Shown: piece after piece, positions 62,487 to 64,000 of the stretch | Layout of the letters: each line of letters opens with the position of its first letter | Position numbering within the stretch: the first letter of the stretch is position 1 | Source: Squalus acanthias | Lineage: Eukaryota | NCBI GenBank assembly: GCA_030390025.1 | Contig: CM059432.1 | Location: forward strand, 76,200,001 to 76,264,000 | Direction: 5' to 3' | DNA: 64,000 nucleotides | Translations under genes and position numbers: made by a program | The notes under the pieces: generated by a model | The model's input: only the letters and a program-made list of their open reading frames with translations | The model's database searches: none | What the model was told of the DNA's origin: nothing

Positions 62487-63838
62487 CTAATCACCCTTGT
62501 GCATTCCCTTAGTGACTGTCTTTTGTGTCCCTTTGCCTATTCTAGTGCTTCTACGCAGTGCTACCCCAGTGGCTGCAACTTGGCTGGTGGTAGACTGGTG
62601 ACTTTCATTGGGGGACATTGCAGATGGCCTTGCAGGACAACCTCGAGCAGCTCTGGGCCTAGAAGGTGCGGCTGTAGACTGTACCACTTCGGCATGGACT
62701 GGCTGGCTGACAGGCAAATGTAATGACACTGGTGAAGTGGCAGTGGTGGGAATACGAATGCTGTCATCCTGAGAGAGGACAGCAGGTTCTTGATCCAAGG
62801 AGTCACTGCCACTCTCCCGGGGCAGCACCTCAGCATTCCTAGCCACCTACTAGAGCACAGATTGCTAGACTGCTGTGAAACCCTGCAAGCTCCTCTCCAC
62901 ACTCGTAAACCAGGCACAATGGCAACAGTCTGATCTTGCATGGCAGGAAGCTGAGACTGCATGAGAGCCGTCTGAGCTTGCGCGGCAGCAAGCTGAGCCT
63001 GCTGGCAGAAGTCTGAGCTTGCACGACAACACTCAGATGTTGGGTCGCTTTCGCTTGTGATGCAATGGAAGCTGCGACATTGCCCATCACACACAGCATC
63101 GTGGTTGGGTCCACAAGTTCTCTAATCGCTTCCATCTCATAAACCATGTGTCCCAAGCTCCGCGCAAAGCCGCGTGCAATGTTGGAGCCGGATTCCTCCA
63201 TGCTCCTTGACACTGACAAGAGGCTCCCTGGCAGGCCTGCTATTGCACCTAGCATTTCTGTGTGCAATTCCCATCACCCTTCTTTTGAAGGCCTCCCCAT
63301 CGACGTCCTCATCTGAGTCCTGTGCAGCAGAATACCCTACCCTTTCCCCCCAGCCTGGCTGCAGCCCACTTGAGCCCGGTGACTCACCATGTGCAGATCC
63401 CACCCTATACTACCCTCTAAAGTATGCGCTGTGCCATTTTCTGAGCTGGTGCCTGGGAATGTCAGATAGAGTGATGGTGCCTCTTCTTCTCCATCACTCT
63501 CCTTCTCTACTTCTTGCTACTGGCAGTTCTTGGGTATCTGAAGGTAGAAAGGCACAAGGGTCGGGTTGTGGTGAGGAAGGGGGCTGAAGCAAGATGTCTA
63601 TGCATACACAATCAGCAGCTTGGAAGTGAGAAGAGATTGTGGGATGAGGGGGAAGTGGGATGTGAGAAGAAGGATTCGGTATGAGCATCATCAATGCTTT
63701 CAGCCTTGCCCAGCACCGCGGCCTCAGTGACGGCCCCCCAATGATCTCCGGCACAGTCTACGCCATGGGGATTGGTTGTGCAGCCATGCGGGCCCCCACC
63801 TGTTTGTTCCTGCTCTCTCCTGTTATGAGCCACTTGGC
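62487..63838 (-). pseudogene. Harbinger J Myb gene, exons 2-3 (exon 1 lies beyond the window)
   Basis: AHNRREQEQTGGGP; C-terminus PSRPRAARG..ALRRSTRIGKGTQKTVTKGMHKGD*, homologous to 8040-9264. Confidence 0.88.
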
Positions 63839-64000
63839 CTGCAAGAGAAAGGGAAGAGTGTCAGTGAGCGTGGTGCAATGTGTTTGGGTGATGTGCCTGT
63901 CATGGTTGAATAGCTGGCATTGAGTGCAAGGTGTGAGATGTGGGCGTGAGGCTTGCAGCAGTGGTAAGTGCGTACGGGTGAGGTGAAGCTATGATTGTGA

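Larger units (their letters stand above)
56777..64000. mobile_element. Harbinger J (continues past the window end), CR1 inserted between the convergent genes
   Basis: Left TIR ggccgtgaaattcgg; transposase +, Myb -. Confidence 0.88.

Overview
Eukaryotic vertebrate DNA, most likely a cartilaginous fish (shark). This is inferred from Deu-domain SacSINE1/AmnSINE1-like SINEs, CR1 and L2 LINEs, Penelope elements and very abundant Harbinger transposons. The window is intronic or intergenic and is mostly nested transposable elements. About ten PIF/Harbinger elements are present: they follow a convergent two-gene plan (HARBI1-like DDE transposase and spliced Myb/SANT trihelix gene), and every copy is pseudogenised or internally deleted. 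There are also Harbinger-type MITEs, one near full-length CR1 (zinc finger/SGNH-esterase ORF1, APE-RT ORF2), several CR1 and L2 fragments, two Penelope (GIY-YIG) families carrying minimal hammerhead-ribozyme motifs, and a solo LTR with a 4-bp TSD. No host gene is confidently identified; three candidate minus-strand exons are flagged at low confidence. I found no evidence for a wholly new system. The best leads are the hammerhead-bearing Penelope mini-insertions, the family-specific Harbinger subterminal motifs and Myb-only derivatives, the solo LTR, and the candidate exons with an in-frame TGA. Coordinates were counted by hand and may be off by a few bases where no TSD anchors them.
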